A stretch of 63,857 nucleotides of DNA, counting the filler, from Phoronis australis (Eukaryota; Animalia; Phoronida), in NCBI GenBank assembly GCA_002633005.1. It is 13 parts of 13 records of this genome, joined end to end, with 100 filler letters (N's around TTAATTAATTAA, not from the genome) between each part and the next. Parts side by side here need not be neighbours in the genome. Positions count along the whole stretch, not along the records: positions 59,997 to 62,262 come from NMRA01003763.1; positions 62,363 to 63,857 come from NMRA01001755.1; 11 more parts are not named here. One strand, written 5' to 3'. The notes below the pieces were generated by a model. That model was not told where the DNA came from, did no database searches, and saw only the letters and a program-made list of their open reading frames with translations. The translations under genes were made by a program, and so were the position numbers. This document shows positions 60,475 to 63,857 of the stretch, piece after piece (position 1 is the first letter of the stretch; every line of letters begins with the position of its first letter).

Positions 60475-62885
60475 ATGTGTTGCTGCCTAGAATATACACA
60501 GAAATGTGGAGAGTTAGAGCGTGGGCTATAGTACCTCCCTCCCACAAACTCACTGCATTGCACTGAGACTACATTTGGTTTTGGTTATCAGTTCGACATC
60601 AGTGTGGACATAAGTGCTGAAGAGTCAAACCATTTTGTTTCTAATGTCACCTTCCCACTTACACTGCAACTTTGCATTTTTGCGGAGTTCTGTTCTATGG
60701 GAAAGCTTTTAAAATATCTCTTGGACTTAATTCAGCCATCACATCTACTCTCAGAGAAGTTGATTAAGGTGCGGTGTTATGCAACTCCACTTCAAATGGA
60801 GCATTCGCTAGAGGTCATGACAATCAACCATGCAAGACTTCAGAGATTCATCGTTCCCACATCTTTCTTGAATTTTCAAGAGCCATGCGTAAAGGAATAA
60901 GATAAGAGAATCGACGGAGAATCAGTAGCGCATTATTCATCGTAAATGAGGGAGATGTTTATTAATCTCGAATCCATTAGTTTTGAGAGTGTGATTGAAA
61001 TTTGCCACTTGGTGTTTATATCAGAGAACTAAGAGTAATCCCGATGTCGCCAGTCAATGAGAAAAGGTAAGTGGAGTTACAGTGGAGTTGCAATTGACCG
61101 GGGTTAATTGTTCCATTGGTGCTGGGAAAGCGACATAAGAAATGATGTACCGAATCTATAACTTACTCCAACATGTAGTAGCCAAGAGAAGTGAGTACAA
61201 GTGATTATTTTCTGAAGGCTAATTATACTGCGTNGTAAAGGCAAATTATCATGACTGGTTATATTGTTCAATGTGGTAATGATACCCAAAATTACTGAAG
61301 TTTGGCTCAAAGTTACCAATTAAATTTTAAATGCTTCACTACACGATTAACATATGATAGAAATTGATGCTTTTGTAATAAAGTTTTGTAGTAAACCTTT
61401 TAATAAACAGATAAATTTAGCTGATATTTTTTGTCCGAAATATTAGAATGTTACTCTTAAGTAAACACTTTCTTGTTACCTGGTTCACAGTCATCTTGCC
61501 ATGAGTTCCGGCTTGGTTACCGTACAGTTTGAAGACAATTTCAAATGCGTTTTTCACAATTTCCTGCATTCAAGTGATCTGATATGTTGATTTCCTGTAA
61601 ATGCATACACAGCAAATCAGAATAAACTATACTGTGACACGAATGCTTATCAGAATGACCTTCTTCATGTAGAGTCCATAAGTCCAACAAATAGGAAGTG
61701 CGTTATCAGGCGGAAATTAATGTTGTCTTAAAGTACACAAAGCTTATCAATTTCCTTTGAAAACATGAGTGTTTAGTGATAAACAGTTGTGTTGTTTTGG
61801 ATCCCTACTTGTTCCTGATTTCAACTGTCATTAATGTTACGTAGGCCATATCTACTTGTCAAATATCTACAATACTGCATTAAGATGAAAGCATATATTT
61901 TTTAAAGTAGAAAGCCTATAGAATTTGAATTTTGACTTCACATGAATCTGGTATTATTTGAATCACTGTACAGCTGTTCAAGACGGTAGATTAGGACAGT
62001 CCTCATGAGCTGGTTGTTCAGGTTTGGCCCTCTTTGCTGGCATGTTTGGGAAGTAGGATACTGATGTTTTTCTCCCAATAGTTTATTAGATTTTGATAAT
62101 TGGCCCAACTGGCTGACCAGGCGAGGTGGGAAGAGTTGATTAATGCTTAAGGACCTCACTAGAAAAGCAAGACTTCCTGAGGTTACGTGCTATATTGTTG
62201 TTTATTTTCAATGACAGCTCGTGATTTTGGCTAGATTTTTCTTGCCACAAGACAGCTACTGANNNNNNNNNNNNNNNNNNNNNNNNNNNNNNNNNNNNNN
62301 NNNNNNTTAATTAATTAANNNNNNNNNNNNNNNNNNNNNNNNNNNNNNNNNNNNNNNNNNNNCAGAAACTGTTGTGAAACAACTCGATTTCCATCCCACG
62401 GCCAGGTGTTAGGGGAATCTTTATTTACATTTACATTTCTCAAATAATGATTGTCAATGTACAACTTCTGCCCTGACGGTGCTGTGGCCAAAGCGGAACC
62501 AGAGTGAATTTGCGGCCCCTGACGAGTAAGTAGATTTGCAGTTTTGTGGCTAATTCACCAACATAATTTGGCACGTGAACATTACTTAAGCTCACTAGTA
62601 TAGTATTTTCTTGACTGGAAGTTTAGTTTCCACTGAACTTTGGCTGGTTTATGTTCGTTTCCGAGCCACTGGCCGGGATAACGAGCGTTTTTCGTGTTTA
62701 GAACTCAAAAAATCACAAGTCTGAACAACACAGATCTAGGTTCTCCTGTCTGTATCTCACGGAAAATACTTCAAAATTATCTCTGAACAGACCCCAAACT
62801 CCTGCTACCACGGACCTTATTGGCCTGCCGAACTTTGTAGGCTACGGTGTGTCCAAATACCAATAAATCCGTAAGAGCAAAATAA

Positions 62886-63113
62886 AACAACACGTTTTTG
62901 TAAGAACTCGGTGTATTTTTAAGGGTTTTACATCGAAGTTTGATGATTTATTGGTGTTAAATGATGACTTCAAGCGATAAGCTGACACCAGTAACCCGTG
63001 AAACAACACGTTTTTGTAAGAACTCGGTGTATTTTTAAGGGTTTTACATCGAAGTTTGATGATTTATTGGTGTTAAACGATAACTCCAAGCGATAAGCTG
63101 ACACCAGTAACCC
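62886..63113. repeat. Direct duplication of about 113 bp inside a DNA-transposon-like relic ending ggcatgctcctttaa (about 63290)
   Basis: aaacaacacgtttttgtaagaactcgg...gctgacaccagtaaccc at 62886 and 63001. Confidence 0.88.
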
Positions 63114-63857
63114 CTGTTGTGAACTGCTGAACAGACTGCGTGTGAAACCGATGACGTCATTGGATAATTTCAATACCTCCGTCTGCCGTCAGGTGTCAGG
63201 TAACGCAACCGCACGTGTCGTTATGGAGTAGAACTACTCGATCTAAATTGATACAAATTAGGTTGTTTTTTGGGTGGCATGCTCCTTTAAAGCCTTCATC
63301 AAATCACAGGCGCTTGGGTTTATCGCAAATGACGTCACTCAATAATATATATAAGAAAACATAAAGGTTGGACACTTAAACTTTGCCAAGCCGAGGCTCC
63401 CAACTTCAACCGTCCAAAATCCAAATCAAATCTGCGTGCACCTCCCTCAGTCTGGTGATGCATAAACCTTCGAAGCCTTATCTTTCCTAGATCCCATTAA
63501 CTGTCTTCGTGAGTGGTGAATTGGCGATGGAATTTCAGAAACAATCTCAAAACTCTGAATTCAAGGACCTGAAATAGTAAACATGGCGTAAACATGCTTC
63601 AACTTGTACGCCTGTCGTAGGTGAAACTTCGAGTTTGAGCAAGCAACCTATATTTCAAATTCATTAATTCTAATCCAAAACTCAACTAATTGAGAATGTT
63701 AAAGTTAGTATTTTAATGATTAGTTGTAACTTTATTCCACTGACGGCTCATTTTAGCCCTTAACTTAGAATTTTATTACATAAACTGGCGTATCTTGTTT
63801 CTCATCTTGACATCACGCACTTTTTTGATTGAAGCACAACACACACTCGGCCAGGAA

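Overview
AT-rich, intron-rich animal DNA, most likely a marine invertebrate bilaterian (inferred from the repeat families and gene types), not prokaryotic. The window is 13 contigs joined by 12 identical artificial 100-bp spacers (N44-TTAATTAATTAA-N44), so adjacency across gaps is unproven. The long contig (34820-59896) holds a complete six-exon phospholipid phosphatase (PLPP/PAP2, wunen-like) gene and a tandem paralog with identical exon lengths and a GC-AG intron. The short contigs carry isolated exons of an LRP-like EGF/YWTD receptor, a PLP-dependent aminotransferase, a fibrinogen-related protein, a TLR-like LRR protein and low-complexity proteins. The rest is mobile DNA: Helentron-type non-autonomous elements with phased CTCF-like motifs, hAT-like MITEs with 5-bp TSDs, a Penelope-like element with inverted pseudo-LTRs carrying hammerhead ribozyme cores, an L2/Crack-type LINE 3' end, and Ginger, P-type, Harbinger and Penelope relics. 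There are also many minisatellites. All calls come from manual translation and motif recognition; no searches were run, and most ORF-track entries are spurious.
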